IMG/VR virus record: IMGVR_UViG_3300045988_034936
Source of the DNA: a virus
Direction: 5' to 3' (one strand)
Length of the DNA stretch: 35,831 nt
Shown here: piece after piece, positions 8,357 to 18,308 of the stretch
Layout of the letters: each line of letters begins with the position of its first letter
Numbering within the stretch: position 1 is the stretch's first letter
Program-made: the position numbers and the translations under genes
The notes under the pieces: generated by a model
The model's input: the letters and a program-made list of their open reading frames with translations, nothing else
The model's database searches: none
Told to the model about the DNA's origin: nothing

Positions 8357-8476
8357 ATGAGTATACAGGAAATAATAGCAATCATACAGGCTGATGTAGA
8401 CGAAAGAAAAAGGCTGGCCGAAAAGATGGACATAGAGACGAATGAGGAAACGGAGGGCGTTAAATCGGATGAATAG
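8357..8476 (+). CDS. Small hypothetical protein (39 aa)
   Basis: Below the ORF-track cutoff. aagga RBS about 8 nt upstream of ATG 8357. Its stop overlaps ATG 8469 (ATGAATAG). Confidence 0.3.
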   Translation: MSIQEIIAIIQADVDERKRLAEKMDIETNEETEGVKSDE

Positions 8477-8642
8477 CGAGGGATATTCTGATAATACAGC
8501 AGAAAAGGCTATGAGAGAATACAACCGGATGCCGCACAAAGTGAAGTTTATTCTATATCACGTAAATTCCATATTACGGTTGAGCGGTTTTGAAGTATCG
8601 GAGATCAGACATAAAAAGAGCGGGAGGACATACAAAGTTTGA
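8469..8642 (+). CDS. Small hypothetical protein
   Basis: Same frame as track ORF 8442..8642. ATG 8469 is preferred because of the ggaggg upstream and coupling to the previous small ORF. The start is uncertain. Confidence 0.4.
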   Translation: MNSEGYSDNTAEKAMREYNRMPHKVKFILYHVNSILRLSGFEVSEIRHKKSGRTYKV

Positions 8643-9070
8643 GCTGGGAAGAAAACGAAAAGAAAAAAGAATATCTAAATGGATATAGGGAAGCGAAAAG
8701 ACGGGAAAAAAGAATACTGGAGCAGATACAGAGGTTAAGACTAGATAAAATGTTTCCTTGCCTTCAGAATGATGATATGCCACACGGACACAACCAAAGC
8801 GATTTATCTGACTATGCCGTAAAAATGGACGAGTTAATGGAAGAACTAAAAAAAGAAAGACTGCGAGCCGTAGATGAATATAACGAAATATATAAAACGA
8901 TTTCAAGGCTTGAGAACGAAAATGAAAAGGAAGTGCTGGTAAGAAGATATATAAACGGAGATAAATGGGAAGAGATTGCGGTTAAAATGAATTACGGATA
9001 TAGGCATATACATAAAATACACGGCTCCGCATTGATTAACATTAAAGTACCAGAACAAACATGGCACTAA
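8639..9070 (+). CDS. Late-gene transcriptional regulator, sigma-70 region-4-like (ArpU/RinA/DUF1492-type)
   Basis: The C-terminus EVLVRRYINGDKWEEIAVKMNYGYRHIHKIHGSAL looks like a sigma region-4 HTH. It is the last gene before a strong terminator and the packaging module. Confidence 0.5.
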   Translation: MSWEENEKKKEYLNGYREAKRREKRILEQIQRLRLDKMFPCLQNDDMPHGHNQSDLSDYAVKMDELMEELKKERLRAVDEYNEIYKTISRLENENEKEVLVRRYINGDKWEEIAVKMNYGYRHIHKIHGSALINIKVPEQTWH

Positions 9071-9154
9071 ATGGCACACTGAATTATGATATTATGATAT
9101 TGGAATCATACAGATGAAAAAAGCTGTAGTTTGACACTCTCACACTCCTTAGAT

Positions 9155-9195
9155 ATACCGCACATGGATTAACTTCTGTGTGCGGTATTTTTGTT
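9155..9195 (+). terminator. Intrinsic terminator separating the early/middle region from the packaging/late region
   Basis: Perfect 10-bp stem ataccgcaca (9155-9164) / tgtgcggtat (9179-9188) followed by ttttgtt. Confidence 0.7.
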
Positions 9196-9304
9196 AGTGA
9201 TTTGCATGTCCCGAGCAATGACATTCTAAAAGGCTCAAGCCCTATGGGGCGGTTGTGATAAATGGATATGTGAGAATCACAAAAAAAGAAGTGAAAGAAA
9301 TAAT

Positions 9305-9613
9305 ATGTTTGATTATTATAGCTCAAAATGGAAAAAGAAAAGAAAGAAAATACTAAGGATAGACGGATACGTAGACAGGATAGAAAAAAGGTATGGAAGA
9401 ATAACAGATGCTACAGTTGTTCATCATATATACCCGGCTGACGAGTATCCAGAGTATGCTTGGAGCGATTGGAATTTAATTAGCGTGAGTTTGGCAACGC
9501 ATAATAAACTAGAGAACAGAAAGACGGGGGAACTGACAGAGGAAGGAATAGCTCTACAGCGCAGGACGAAGCCGGGTGTAGATTGGAGGAGGAAAAAGAA
9601 TGGCAGAAATTAA
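9305..9613 (+). CDS. HNH endonuclease (terminase-associated type)
   Basis: VVHHIYPADEYPEYAWSDWNLISVSLATHNKLEN (H-N-H). Located just upstream of TerS/TerL, as in HK97-like cos phages. Confidence 0.8.
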   Translation: MFDYYSSKWKKKRKKILRIDGYVDRIEKRYGRITDATVVHHIYPADEYPEYAWSDWNLISVSLATHNKLENRKTGELTEEGIALQRRTKPGVDWRRKKNGRN

Positions 9614-9971
9614 AATGCCGGGAGGAGATAGTATTGAGGAATTTCGTGACGACTGTGTAACATACCAAAAAGCAAAAGAACGTTTGAAAAAGCTTGGGGT
9701 AAACACAGAGCAAAATGCAATTATATATTTGCAGCGTGAGGTTGATTACTACAGAGACAAGATCGCTCACATAGAAGAAAAAAATAGAATCCGGACAGGA
9801 TTGTTGGATGAATTTCAGCGCATGAGCATTATGCCGGCATCAGAAATTGGCATTAAGATGCCAATACTGGAGAGCATACCGAAAGATATGAGAGACAGGG
9901 TCGCATCAATTGAGCAGACTGCGGATGGAACTGTAAGTGTGAGGTTTGATAAAAATGACCTGGAGAGATAA
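9600..9971 (+). CDS. Hypothetical protein
   Basis: 123-aa ORF overlapping the HNH stop by 14 nt. Confidence 0.5.
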   Translation: MAEIKMPGGDSIEEFRDDCVTYQKAKERLKKLGVNTEQNAIIYLQREVDYYRDKIAHIEEKNRIRTGLLDEFQRMSIMPASEIGIKMPILESIPKDMRDRVASIEQTADGTVSVRFDKNDLER

Positions 9972-9974
9972 GAA

Positions 9975-10280
9975 TTGAACGCAAAGAAATGTGATAGGTG
10001 TGGTAAGTATTACGATCTATATGAAATGGATATACCGGAGAGATACAAAGATAGAATGAACGGGAAGATGAACTACGTAGCATTACACGGTAAGGATATC
10101 GAGCGATGCGATGGCATGCCGACAGGAAGCAGCAGACCTATTGACTTGCGCCCTGATTGCATGGATGGACTTCTTGGATATCTAAGCGGGCAAACACCAG
10201 AAGAAGCGGTGATTTCTATATGCATAGACAGGAATACTATAAGAAAAGTAATCGAAGATTTAGAGAAGAAAAAAAGCTGA
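9975..10280 (+). CDS. Hypothetical protein with an N-terminal CxxC
   Basis: TTG start 7 nt after ggagag; MNAKKCDRCGKYYDLYE. Confidence 0.45.
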   Translation: MNAKKCDRCGKYYDLYEMDIPERYKDRMNGKMNYVALHGKDIERCDGMPTGSSRPIDLRPDCMDGLLGYLSGQTPEEAVISICIDRNTIRKVIEDLEKKKS

Positions 10281-10330
10281 CCCCCCTACATACAGACGGC
10301 CCTCCCGGGCAGTTCTACTGGCAGGGGGTA
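10281..10330. other. Candidate cos (cohesive-end) region
   Basis: Strikingly G+C-rich intergenic tract cccccctacatacagacggccctcccgggcagttctactggcagggggta. It has ccccct/aggggg inverted ends and lies between the HNH-associated genes and terS. Confidence 0.35.
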
Positions 10331-10375
10331 AACATTTCCAACTCTAGGCTAAAATAAGACGAAAGGGGACTGTGC

Positions 10376-10750
10376 ATGCAGGCTATGAGTAAAATTAAGT
10401 GGAAAAACTTAATAAATAAGCAGCTATCAGCGTTGGGATTGCAGAACGATGCCTACGATAGCACGGTCGAATCCCTTGCAATGATACTTGAACAACGGGA
10501 CAAGACATTTGAGGAGTTCCAGGATAGCGGAGGAAAGTCCGTGATCGAATATACAAATAAAGGCGGATCGACAAACATGACAAAGAATCCGCTCCTTGTC
10601 ATGTGGGACGAACTCAATAAAACGGCGCTTGCGTACTGGCGTGAATTAGGAATGACCCCGAGTTCTTATAAAAAGCTGACCGGAGAAGGCCCGAAAAAAA
10701 AGGAGAAAAAGAAAGGACTGGCGGCAGCGCTTGCATCCATCGAAAGCTAA
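10376..10750 (+). CDS. terS: Terminase small subunit, P27 family
   Basis: Family-typical sequence ...[39 protein letters not shown]..., immediately upstream of and overlapping terL. Confidence 0.8.
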   Translation: MQAMSKIKWKNLINKQLSALGLQNDAYDSTVESLAMILEQRDKTFEEFQDSGGKSVIEYTNKGGSTNMTKNPLLVMWDELNKTALAYWRELGMTPSSYKKLTGEGPKKKEKKKGLAAALASIES

Positions 10751-12485
10751 GAACTGGGATATCGTCATAAAGTACGCAGAGAGCATAAGAGACGGAACAA
10801 AGGTTGCCTGCGAAGAATTGAAACAGGCGGTTGATAGATTCTTTAGCGATTTGGAAAACACGGATTACTGGATGGACTACAAAGACCCGGAATTTTGCAT
10901 ACAGATTGTAGAGAAGACGCTTTGCAACATGCAGGGCGAAAAAATAGATGGTACACCTCTGCGAGGAAAGCCGTTTGAACTGCAGGACTATCATAAGTTC
11001 TGTATTTACAATCTCGTAGGGTTCAAACTAAAGGGTACTCACAATATCCGGTTTCACGAAGCGCTGATATACATTCCGAGAAAAAATGTCAAGACAACAT
11101 TTGCGGCAGCACTTGCGTGGTCGTTGTCTTTGCTGTATCGCAAGAGTGGTGCAAAAACCTACATAGCGTCAGCGGCGTTGATGCAGTCGCTTGAAAGCTT
11201 TAACTTTTTAAAATATAACGTCCGTCTCATGGGGGAAGATCAGAAGGAAGGCGGATCTGTAAAGATCATAGACAATAACAATGAACACAGCATGGAATCA
11301 TCTTTGGAAGATGGTTCTTTTTTTATACGAGCACTTGCGGCGAACCCGGATGCGCAAGACTCACTTAACTGTAACATTGCAATCGTGGACGAGCTACATG
11401 CCTTGAAGAAACCGAAACAGTACAATCTGTTTAAGGAGGCACAGAAAGCCTATACCAATAAACTGATAATTGGGATATCCACGGCAGGGGATAACGAGCA
11501 GTTATTCCTTGGCCAAAGGCTGAAATATTGTCGGAAGGTTTTGAATGGTACGGTGAAGGATGAGCAGTATTTTATTTTTATGTGTTGTGCACCGGAAGGA
11601 ATCAAAGATGGATCTGTAGACTTTACGGATCCGAAAATACATGAAATGGCTAATCCGGGATACGGAGTAACAATCCGTCCGGAGGAAATCATGAATGATG
11701 CGCTTCAGGCGCAGAACGATCCACAGCAGAGGAAAGACTTTTTTGCGAAGTCGCTGAATGTCTACACAAATGCCATGAAAGCATACTTCGATATAGATGA
11801 ATTTCGGAAAAGCGATCAGAAGTATAGCTGGACGCTGGAGCAGCTGGCTAAACTTCCGATTCAGTGGTATGGAGGCGCTGACCTGTCAAAACTCCATGAT
11901 TTGACAGCGGCCGCTCTTTTCGGAACATACCAGGGCGTTGATATCATTATAACACATGCGTTTTTCCCGGTAGTTTCCGCTCATTTGAAAGCCGAGCAAG
12001 ACAACATACCGCTTTTCGGGTGGGACGAGGACGGCTGGCTGACGCTGTGCAACAGCCCGACCGTAAACCAAGCCGACATAATCCGGTGGTTTTGCGATAT
12101 GCGAGATAAGGGCTTCAAGATTAAGCAGATTGGACATGACCGTAAATTCTGCCGGGAATATTTTATCGGAATGAAACAGGCTCGCTTCAATATTGTTGAC
12201 CAGCCGCAATACTACTACAAAAAATCCGAGGGATTCCGTCATATCGAAAAGAGTGCAAAAGACGGGGATCTCTATTATCTACATTCTGAAGCGTTTGAAT
12301 ATTGCGTAGAGAATGTGGCGGCAGTAGAAAAGACAGATGACATGATTCAATACGAAAAGGTTCAGCCGGAGCATCGAATAGACCTATTTGACGCTTCGGT
12401 TTTTGCGTGTGTGAGGTATTTGGAGAACATGGAACGAAGCAACAAAGCGAACAAATGGTTTGGAAAGGGGCAGAAGGATGAATAA
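10731..12485 (+). CDS. terL: Terminase large subunit
   Basis: 584 aa with Terminase_1-like organisation: an ATPase region with IAIVDELH (Walker B-like) and a C-terminal nuclease region. TTG start, with no in-frame ATG/GTG nearby. Confidence 0.9.
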   Translation: MHPSKAKNWDIVIKYAESIRDGTKVACEELKQAVDRFFSDLENTDYWMDYKDPEFCIQIVEKTLCNMQGEKIDGTPLRGKPFELQDYHKFCIYNLVGFKLKGTHNIRFHEALIYIPRKNVKTTFAAALAWSLSLLYRKSGAKTYIASAALMQSLESFNFLKYNVRLMGEDQKEGGSVKIIDNNNEHSMESSLEDGSFFIRALAANPDAQDSLNCNIAIVDELHALKKPKQYNLFKEAQKAYTNKLIIGISTAGDNEQLFLGQRLKYCRKVLNGTVKDEQYFIFMCCAPEGIKDGSVDFTDPKIHEMANPGYGVTIRPEEIMNDALQAQNDPQQRKDFFAKSLNVYTNAMKAYFDIDEFRKSDQKYSWTLEQLAKLPIQWYGGADLSKLHDLTAAALFGTYQGVDIIITHAFFPVVSAHLKAEQDNIPLFGWDEDGWLTLCNSPTVNQADIIRWFCDMRDKGFKIKQIGHDRKFCREYFIGMKQARFNIVDQPQYYYKKSEGFRHIEKSAKDGDLYYLHSEAFEYCVENVAAVEKTDDMIQYEKVQPEHRIDLFDASVFACVRYLENMERSNKANKWFGKGQKDE

Positions 12486-13674
12486 GAGACAGCGGCAAAA
12501 AGTGAAAGCAAGAGCAGAGCCAAGCAAGAAAAGGTCTCAAGCGTGGCTGTGCAGTAGTGATGCTTTTGATACGCTGACATGTCAGGGATACACAAGTTTG
12601 GCGCATAACCCGGAAATTATAACCGGAGTTGGCAAGATAGCTAAGCTGATCGGGAGCATGACGATACATCTCATGCAGAATACGGAAGACGGAGACATAA
12701 GGGTCAGAAATGAACTTAGCCGGAAAATAGACATCAATCCAAACGAAAACATGACAAGATCTTTGTTTGTGCAGTGGATTGTGACCACGATGTACTTATA
12801 CGGAGATGGAAACGCTGTGGTGTATCCACAGTTCCGCAGGGGATACTTGCAAGACTTAAAGCCCATACCGGCATCAATGGCTAGTTTCATTCCTTCCGGG
12901 ATATGGGACTACATGGTAGCGATCAATGGGAAAGAATATTCTCCGGACGAAGTGCTCCATTTTGTTTTGAATCCGGGAAATTATTACCCCTGGAAAGGCG
13001 AGGGGCTTCAAGTGGCGCTCCGTGATGTTGCGAACAATCTGAAGCAAGCATCCACAACAGAGAAGGGGTTTATGAAGAGCAAGTGGAAACCATCCATCAT
13101 CGTGAAGGTGGACGCACTGACGGAAGAGTTCTCCAGCCCAGAAGGGCGGCGGCAACTGCTATCCGATTACATTGATACGGCAGAGGCCGGAGAACCGTGG
13201 ATGATCCCGGCAGAACAATTTGAAATCGAACAGGTAAAACCACTGTCACTGTCGGACTTGGCACTGGCAGACATGGTTCAGCTTGATAAAAAGACGGTTG
13301 CATCTATTTTAGGTGTGCCGCCTTTTGTTTTGGGCGTCGGTGAGTTCAAGCAGGATGAGTGGAACAACTTTATTGACTCGACAATTATGCCGGTAGCACA
13401 GTCCATGCAACAGGAATTTACAAAGAAATTATTGTACAGCCAGGAATACTATTTCAAATTCAATCCCAGATCACTATATAACTACTCATTGCAGGAAACC
13501 ATTTCCGCAGGTGCAGAAATGGTTGACCGCATGGCGATGCGCCGGAATGAATGGAGAGATTGGGTCGGCCTTCCTCCAGATGCAGAAATGAATGAATTGT
13601 TGGCGCTTGAAAACTATTTACCTGCTAATCGTTTGGGCGATCAGGGAAAACTGGTACAGAACGGAGGTGAGTAA
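12478..13674 (+). CDS. Portal protein (HK97 family)
   Basis: Start trimmed to ATG 12478, which overlaps the terL stop. Size and position match (terL-portal-protease-capsid). Contains the ...[11 protein letters not shown]... portal motif. Confidence 0.85.
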   Translation: MNKRQRQKVKARAEPSKKRSQAWLCSSDAFDTLTCQGYTSLAHNPEIITGVGKIAKLIGSMTIHLMQNTEDGDIRVRNELSRKIDINPNENMTRSLFVQWIVTTMYLYGDGNAVVYPQFRRGYLQDLKPIPASMASFIPSGIWDYMVAINGKEYSPDEVLHFVLNPGNYYPWKGEGLQVALRDVANNLKQASTTEKGFMKSKWKPSIIVKVDALTEEFSSPEGRRQLLSDYIDTAEAGEPWMIPAEQFEIEQVKPLSLSDLALADMVQLDKKTVASILGVPPFVLGVGEFKQDEWNNFIDSTIMPVAQSMQQEFTKKLLYSQEYYFKFNPRSLYNYSLQETISAGAEMVDRMAMRRNEWRDWVGLPPDAEMNELLALENYLPANRLGDQGKLVQNGGE

Positions 13675-14271
13675 GTGGAGCAGAGAGTAATTCAATGTAA
13701 AGAGGCGTTCAAGACTCGTGAAGAGAACGGAAAAAGATATATCGAGGGATACTTCTCGGTTTTTAACCAGCCTTATGAAGTCTTTCCGGGGTGGATTGAG
13801 GAAATTGCACCGGGAGCATTTTCGAGGACATTGCGAGAAGGGAAAGATGTAAAAGTCCTGTGGAATCACAATTCAGATATCGTGCTTGGATCAACGACTA
13901 ACAGGACAGCATCACTAAGAGAAGATGAAGTCGGACTGTATGGAAGCGACGAAATCAACGAGGAAGATCAGGAAGCTAAAAATGGATATGCAAGAGTGGC
14001 CCGTGGAGATGTGAGAGGCTGCTCTTTTGGTTTTGACATCAAATCTATGGAGGAAAGCTGGGACGATGACGGGACATACCGGACAAGGATCACGGACGTT
14101 GATCTCTACGAAGTAAGCCCTTGCACATTCCCGGCCTACGCACAGACCAGCATATCGGCCAGGGCGAAAGACAGCCTGGAAGATGCGAAGAGACGTTTTG
14201 AACAGGCGAAGGAACAGAAAAGAAATGATTGGAGGGATTCTATGAGATCCCGACTGAAAGGAGAAAAGTAA
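13675..14271 (+). CDS. Prohead maturation protease (HK97/U35 family)
   Basis: GYFSVFNQPYEV...VLWNHNSDIVLGST...GDVRGCSFGF pattern, located between portal and capsid genes. GTG start. Confidence 0.85.
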   Translation: MEQRVIQCKEAFKTREENGKRYIEGYFSVFNQPYEVFPGWIEEIAPGAFSRTLREGKDVKVLWNHNSDIVLGSTTNRTASLREDEVGLYGSDEINEEDQEAKNGYARVARGDVRGCSFGFDIKSMEESWDDDGTYRTRITDVDLYEVSPCTFPAYAQTSISARAKDSLEDAKRRFEQAKEQKRNDWRDSMRSRLKGEK

Positions 14272-15986
14272 TGGCATTAAAGCAGATCATGCTTAGAAAG
14301 CAGATTGAAAGAAAGAAAACAGAGCTTGAGGGGCTGCGTGAGAAAGATGCTGATTTCCAGACCAGGGAAGAGGAGCTGGAAAAGGCGATTGATGAAGCGC
14401 AGACAGACGAAGAGCAGAAAACCGTAGAGGATGAAGTAGAAAAATTCGACGGCGAAAAAACTGCTCATGATGAAGCGAAAGCAAAGCTTGAATCAGAAAT
14501 CGGAGATCTTGAGGCAGAGCTCGAGGCTGCCGAAGTTGATCCTCCTGCTCCGGATCAGAGAACTATCAAAACAGAAAAGAAAGTGAGGACGAATATCAGA
14601 ATGAACACAGCAGAAATGAAAATCAGAAGCCTGCCGATGAATGTTAGAGCGTTTGACTCTCTTCCGATGGAAACCAGGGAAGCGATTGTGCAGCGTGACG
14701 ATGTTAAAACATTCCTGGCGCAGTTAAGAAGCATGAAAGGACAGTCCAGGGCAATCCAGGGTGGTGAACTGGAAATTCCGGTAGTATTCCTGGAGCTGAT
14801 CTCCGAAAACATGTACCGGTACAGCAAACTGCTGAATCGTGTGCGTGTAAGAAATGTACCGGGCGAAGCTAGACAGACGATTGCCGGAACTGTACCGGAG
14901 GCAATCTGGACAGAAATGTGCGGTGCTATCAACGAGCTTACTTTCGTGTTTAATCAGGTCACTCTTGATGGGTATAAGGTGGCTGGCTATGTTCCGGTAT
15001 GCAATTCCCTGTTGGAAGATACAGTGAGCAATCTTGACCTTGCCGGATGGATCGTGGAAATGCTGTCTGAATCCATCGGACTTGCAGAGGATAAGGCAAT
15101 TCTGTACGGTAAAGGATCTTCTGCGCACATGCCTCTTGGTATCGTGACTAGGCTGGCGCAGAAAACCAAGCCGTCTGATTATCCGGCAAACGCTCCGGCA
15201 TGGGTAGACCTTCACACCACGAACATCCAGAAAATCAACGGAGACTCTATGACAGGAGCCGAGTTCTGGAGCGCGCTGACTATCGCCGCAGGCAACACCT
15301 TCACGAAATATAACCGTGGAGAAATGTTCTGGGCTATGAACTCTAAGACCTACGCAAAACTGCGCTCTAAGCTTATCACATTTACCGCTACCGGTGATGT
15401 GGTGGCAAACCTGTTTGGAACGCTCCCGATCATCAATGGAGACATTGACATTCTGGAGTTCATTCCGGATGGGGATATCATCGGTGGGTATGGTGATCTG
15501 TATCTGTGGGCTGACAGACGGTCTATGGTGATCGACCAGTCCGAACATGTACAGTTCATCCAGGACAACACCGTATTCCGTGGAAAGGCTCGTGCAGACG
15601 GTGCTCCAATCATCCCGGGTGCATTTGTGGCGATCAACATTAATAACAAGGAAGTTACAACTGTGATGGCCTTTGCGGCTGATACTGCGAATGACGCTGA
15701 TCTGATTGCTCTTGCAGTTGGTTCCGAGACTATGGCTCCATCTTCCTTTGATCCGGATACGCTGACTTATACTATCGCTTCCGCAACACAGGCAAGTGAT
15801 AAGATTGAGGCTACACCGGCACAGGCTGACGCAGAAGTAGCGATCAGCTACAACGGAAAGAATGTCAGAAACGGAGGATCTGTAACATGGCTTGCAGACA
15901 GTGCACCGCATCCGCTGACCGTTACCGTTAAGAAAGGCAATGCTGTAAAAGTGTACACCGTAAATGTGACAAAAGCCGGTGACTAA
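14271..15986 (+). CDS. Major capsid protein (HK97 fold) with an N-terminal coiled-coil delta/scaffold domain and a C-terminal Ig/cadherin-like extension
   Basis: Start trimmed to ATG 14271 (aaaggagaaaag RBS). The N-terminal ~100 aa are charged coiled coil. The core resembles HK97-family MCPs. The last ~110 aa (DLIALAVGSETMAPSSFDPDTLTYTI...VKVYTVNVTKAG) look like a beta-sandwich decoration domain. Confidence 0.85.
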   Translation: MALKQIMLRKQIERKKTELEGLREKDADFQTREEELEKAIDEAQTDEEQKTVEDEVEKFDGEKTAHDEAKAKLESEIGDLEAELEAAEVDPPAPDQRTIKTEKKVRTNIRMNTAEMKIRSLPMNVRAFDSLPMETREAIVQRDDVKTFLAQLRSMKGQSRAIQGGELEIPVVFLELISENMYRYSKLLNRVRVRNVPGEARQTIAGTVPEAIWTEMCGAINELTFVFNQVTLDGYKVAGYVPVCNSLLEDTVSNLDLAGWIVEMLSESIGLAEDKAILYGKGSSAHMPLGIVTRLAQKTKPSDYPANAPAWVDLHTTNIQKINGDSMTGAEFWSALTIAAGNTFTKYNRGEMFWAMNSKTYAKLRSKLITFTATGDVVANLFGTLPIINGDIDILEFIPDGDIIGGYGDLYLWADRRSMVIDQSEHVQFIQDNTVFRGKARADGAPIIPGAFVAININNKEVTTVMAFAADTANDADLIALAVGSETMAPSSFDPDTLTYTIASATQASDKIEATPAQADAEVAISYNGKNVRNGGSVTWLADSAPHPLTVTVKKGNAVKVYTVNVTKAGD

Positions 15987-16001
15987 AAGCGAGGTGAGTA
16001 A

Positions 16002-16286
16002 ATGACAAGCGAGGAAAAACTTGCGCTGTTAAAACAGGATCTGCAAATGCTCACATCGGCAAATGATGCTTTCCTTAAGTCTTTGATAACTACGGCAGAA
16101 TCGGCTATTCAGCGTGAGGGGATCACGCTTGTTGAAAATGATATGGACATAGATATGGCGGTGGTGCAATACGCCGCCTATCTATTCCGTAAAAGGGCAT
16201 CAAGCGAAACGGCTATGCCAAGATTCCTAAGATATCGGCTGAATAACATCCTGTTCTCACAGAAAGGGGACAGACATGACGTTTGA
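16002..16286 (+). CDS. Head-tail connector (gp6-like, Phage_connect_1 type)
   Basis: MTSEEKLALLKQDLQMLTSANDAFLKSLITTAESAIQREG is typical of this family. It is the first gene after the capsid gene. Confidence 0.7.
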   Translation: MTSEEKLALLKQDLQMLTSANDAFLKSLITTAESAIQREGITLVENDMDIDMAVVQYAAYLFRKRASSETAMPRFLRYRLNNILFSQKGDRHDV

Positions 16287-16617
16287 CGATGGAATACTTA
16301 CTATTTACGGTGTGGAAAATATTGCAGAACCAGGGATGATGCCGGAAGAAGGTCTCGTTGAGAAGGAAAAATACTACTACGGATTCGACACACTTGGAAT
16401 CAACCGATACTATACGGCGATGCAAGCCAAGCAGCTGATAGAGTCCGTCGTCAATATCCCTGGGTGGGGAGAAATCAAAGCAACTGATATTTGTGCGCTT
16501 GACAACGGAGACCAGTTCCGGATTGTAATGCGCCAGCCCACTTTTGATGAAAACGGTCTTAGGATAACAAAACTGTCGCTGGAAAGGATAGGGGATCAAT
16601 ATGATATCAAAGATTAA
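16276..16617 (+). CDS. Head closure / head-tail adaptor protein
   Basis: Assigned by position and size (113 aa) in the neck module. Overlaps neighbours on both sides. Confidence 0.55.
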   Translation: MTFDDGILTIYGVENIAEPGMMPEEGLVEKEKYYYGFDTLGINRYYTAMQAKQLIESVVNIPGWGEIKATDICALDNGDQFRIVMRQPTFDENGLRITKLSLERIGDQYDIKD

Positions 16618-16936
16618 GATCATTCCGGAAACGCTCCTTAAGGTGACCAGCAATGTCGGGCATTACAAAGAGCTGGAAAAAGCAGATAAGTATATCGTTT
16701 GGGCTGAAGATTCGGAAGGTAGTTCCGTAGAGGGTGATAACCACAAGGTCAACCAGTCCATACAAGGGACTATTGATTATTTCACCAAAGACGAATTTGA
16801 TGAAAACATAGATAAGATCCAGCAGGAGCTTATCAATGCGGATATTTCGTTTTATATAAATTCCATCCAATACGAAGACCCGGACGAGGGCGGCGCTGGA
16901 TATATCCACTACGAATGGGTGTGGGAGGTGGCGTGA
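16601..16936 (+). CDS. Neck / tail-completion protein (putative)
   Basis: Assigned by position in the neck module; 111 aa. Confidence 0.5.
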   Translation: MISKIKIIPETLLKVTSNVGHYKELEKADKYIVWAEDSEGSSVEGDNHKVNQSIQGTIDYFTKDEFDENIDKIQQELINADISFYINSIQYEDPDEGGAGYIHYEWVWEVA

Positions 16937-17433
16937 TGGCTAAGATTGACTTTGATGCTGACGGGTACATGAAAGCAATAGAATCGCTTTCTGCGGACAC
17001 CGAAGAAATCGTAAAAAGCGCAATCTATAAGGGCGCTGACGTTGTGGCGAACGCCATTCGGCAGAATATACAAGCGATACCCATACAAGAGGGTGATAAC
17101 GGACTTCCTCCCGTTGCGAGAGACGGAGAAAAACTTTACGGAATCAGCCGGAGGCAAAAGGCAGACTTGTTAGCAGGATTCGGACTTTCTCCAATGGAAG
17201 AGTCCGGAGATTATATTAACACAAAGGCCGGATTTGACGGGTATGGAAGCGTAAAAACCAAAAAGTATCCAAAGGGAGTGCCAAACTCTATGCTTATGCG
17301 AAGCGTGGAGTCGGGCACTTCTTTTCGTGAGAAGCACCCTACTGTAAGGCTGGCTGTAAATAAGACGAGAAAACAGGCGCAGAAAATAATGGAAGAGGAA
17401 ATAGATCGACAAATCAGACAAAGAATGGAGTAG
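16936..17433 (+). CDS. HK97 gp10-family tail/neck protein
   Basis: Start trimmed to ATG 16936 (ggaggtgg RBS, overlaps the upstream TGA). MAKIDFDADGYMKAIESLSADTEEIVKSAIYKGADVVANAIRQNI is typical of gp10-like proteins. Confidence 0.7.
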   Translation: MAKIDFDADGYMKAIESLSADTEEIVKSAIYKGADVVANAIRQNIQAIPIQEGDNGLPPVARDGEKLYGISRRQKADLLAGFGLSPMEESGDYINTKAGFDGYGSVKTKKYPKGVPNSMLMRSVESGTSFREKHPTVRLAVNKTRKQAQKIMEEEIDRQIRQRME

Positions 17434-17439
17434 AAATAT

Positions 17440-18306
17440 ATGGCTATTAAAGGATTAACAACTCCGGTATTCGGAGATTACGGCTATGACGGGAATAAAG
17501 TAAGCTATTCAAACGGCTTTGTGTGCGGCTCTGCGATTGAGTATAGCGTGGAGTATGATGAACCAGATTCTAACGATCTCTATGGAGATGACCATGTAAT
17601 AGAGTCGGACAACGAAGTCTTCACAACGGGAACACTTACCTTATCAACCTCTGATCTCACGCAGCTTGATTCTAAGAGACTCCTTGGACTTAAGCAGGTG
17701 CAGGTGCAGGTCGGAGAGGAAACTGTAACAGAAAATGTATACGATTCTGATGCAAAGAAGATTCCGAAAGGATTCGGCATTATCGAAACACACCAGATCA
17801 ATAACATCAATAAGTACAGAGCAGTTATCCTTTGCCGGGTAAACATGAATATACCGGGAGAAGCTGCTACCACAAAGGGGGAGACTATTGAATGGCAGAC
17901 CAAGGAGATTGGTGGGAACATCCTGCGAAGCGATGAGCAGAGCGCTAACTACAATCATCCTTGGATGCGAGACGCATGGTTTGACACGCAGCAGGCAGCA
18001 AAAACCTATTTGCAGACCATGCTCAACGCAATCGGATACCTCGAAGTTTCTTCCGTGGCAGGTTCTGCAACGGGTGAAACGGTAATTAGTGTAACCCCTG
18101 CGGCGGCAGCGGGAAACAGCTATGTATATAAGGCACAGAATACCACACCGTCCTATAACGAGGACTTGACATCATGGACAGCACTGACGGTAGATACCGA
18201 CATGGAGATTACTGACGGAACAACTATCTGTGTAGCAGAGGTCACAGCACAGAAAAAGGCGGTAGCCGCTGGAATCGTAGTTGTATCGGCAAATAAGGGA
18301 GAATAA
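17440..18306 (+). CDS. Major tail (tube) protein with a C-terminal Ig-like extension
   Basis: Located immediately before the chaperone and tape measure genes. 288 aa. The C-terminal ~90 aa (LEVSSVAGSATGETVISVTP...) are Ig-like. Confidence 0.7.
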   Translation: MAIKGLTTPVFGDYGYDGNKVSYSNGFVCGSAIEYSVEYDEPDSNDLYGDDHVIESDNEVFTTGTLTLSTSDLTQLDSKRLLGLKQVQVQVGEETVTENVYDSDAKKIPKGFGIIETHQINNINKYRAVILCRVNMNIPGEAATTKGETIEWQTKEIGGNILRSDEQSANYNHPWMRDAWFDTQQAAKTYLQTMLNAIGYLEVSSVAGSATGETVISVTPAAAAGNSYVYKAQNTTPSYNEDLTSWTALTVDTDMEITDGTTICVAEVTAQKKAVAAGIVVVSANKGE

Positions 18307-18308
18307 GA

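Noticed and set aside
9131-9160. TTGACA at 9131-9136 followed 17 nt later by tatacc, as a possible late promoter
   Set aside because: The -10 is poor and overlaps the terminator stem. Late genes here are more likely driven by the sigma-like regulator encoded at 8639-9070, so no promoter was called.
10157-10357. 66-aa + strand ORF crossing the terS-upstream intergenic region
   Set aside because: It overlaps the 3' half of ORF 9975-10280 in another frame and runs through the GC-rich putative cos tract. It has no RBS.
14724-15911. 395-aa ORF on the minus strand
   Set aside because: It is entirely nested antisense within the major capsid gene, which has clear family features. It has no RBS, a Cys/Arg/Ser-rich low-complexity translation, and breaks the co-oriented structural operon.
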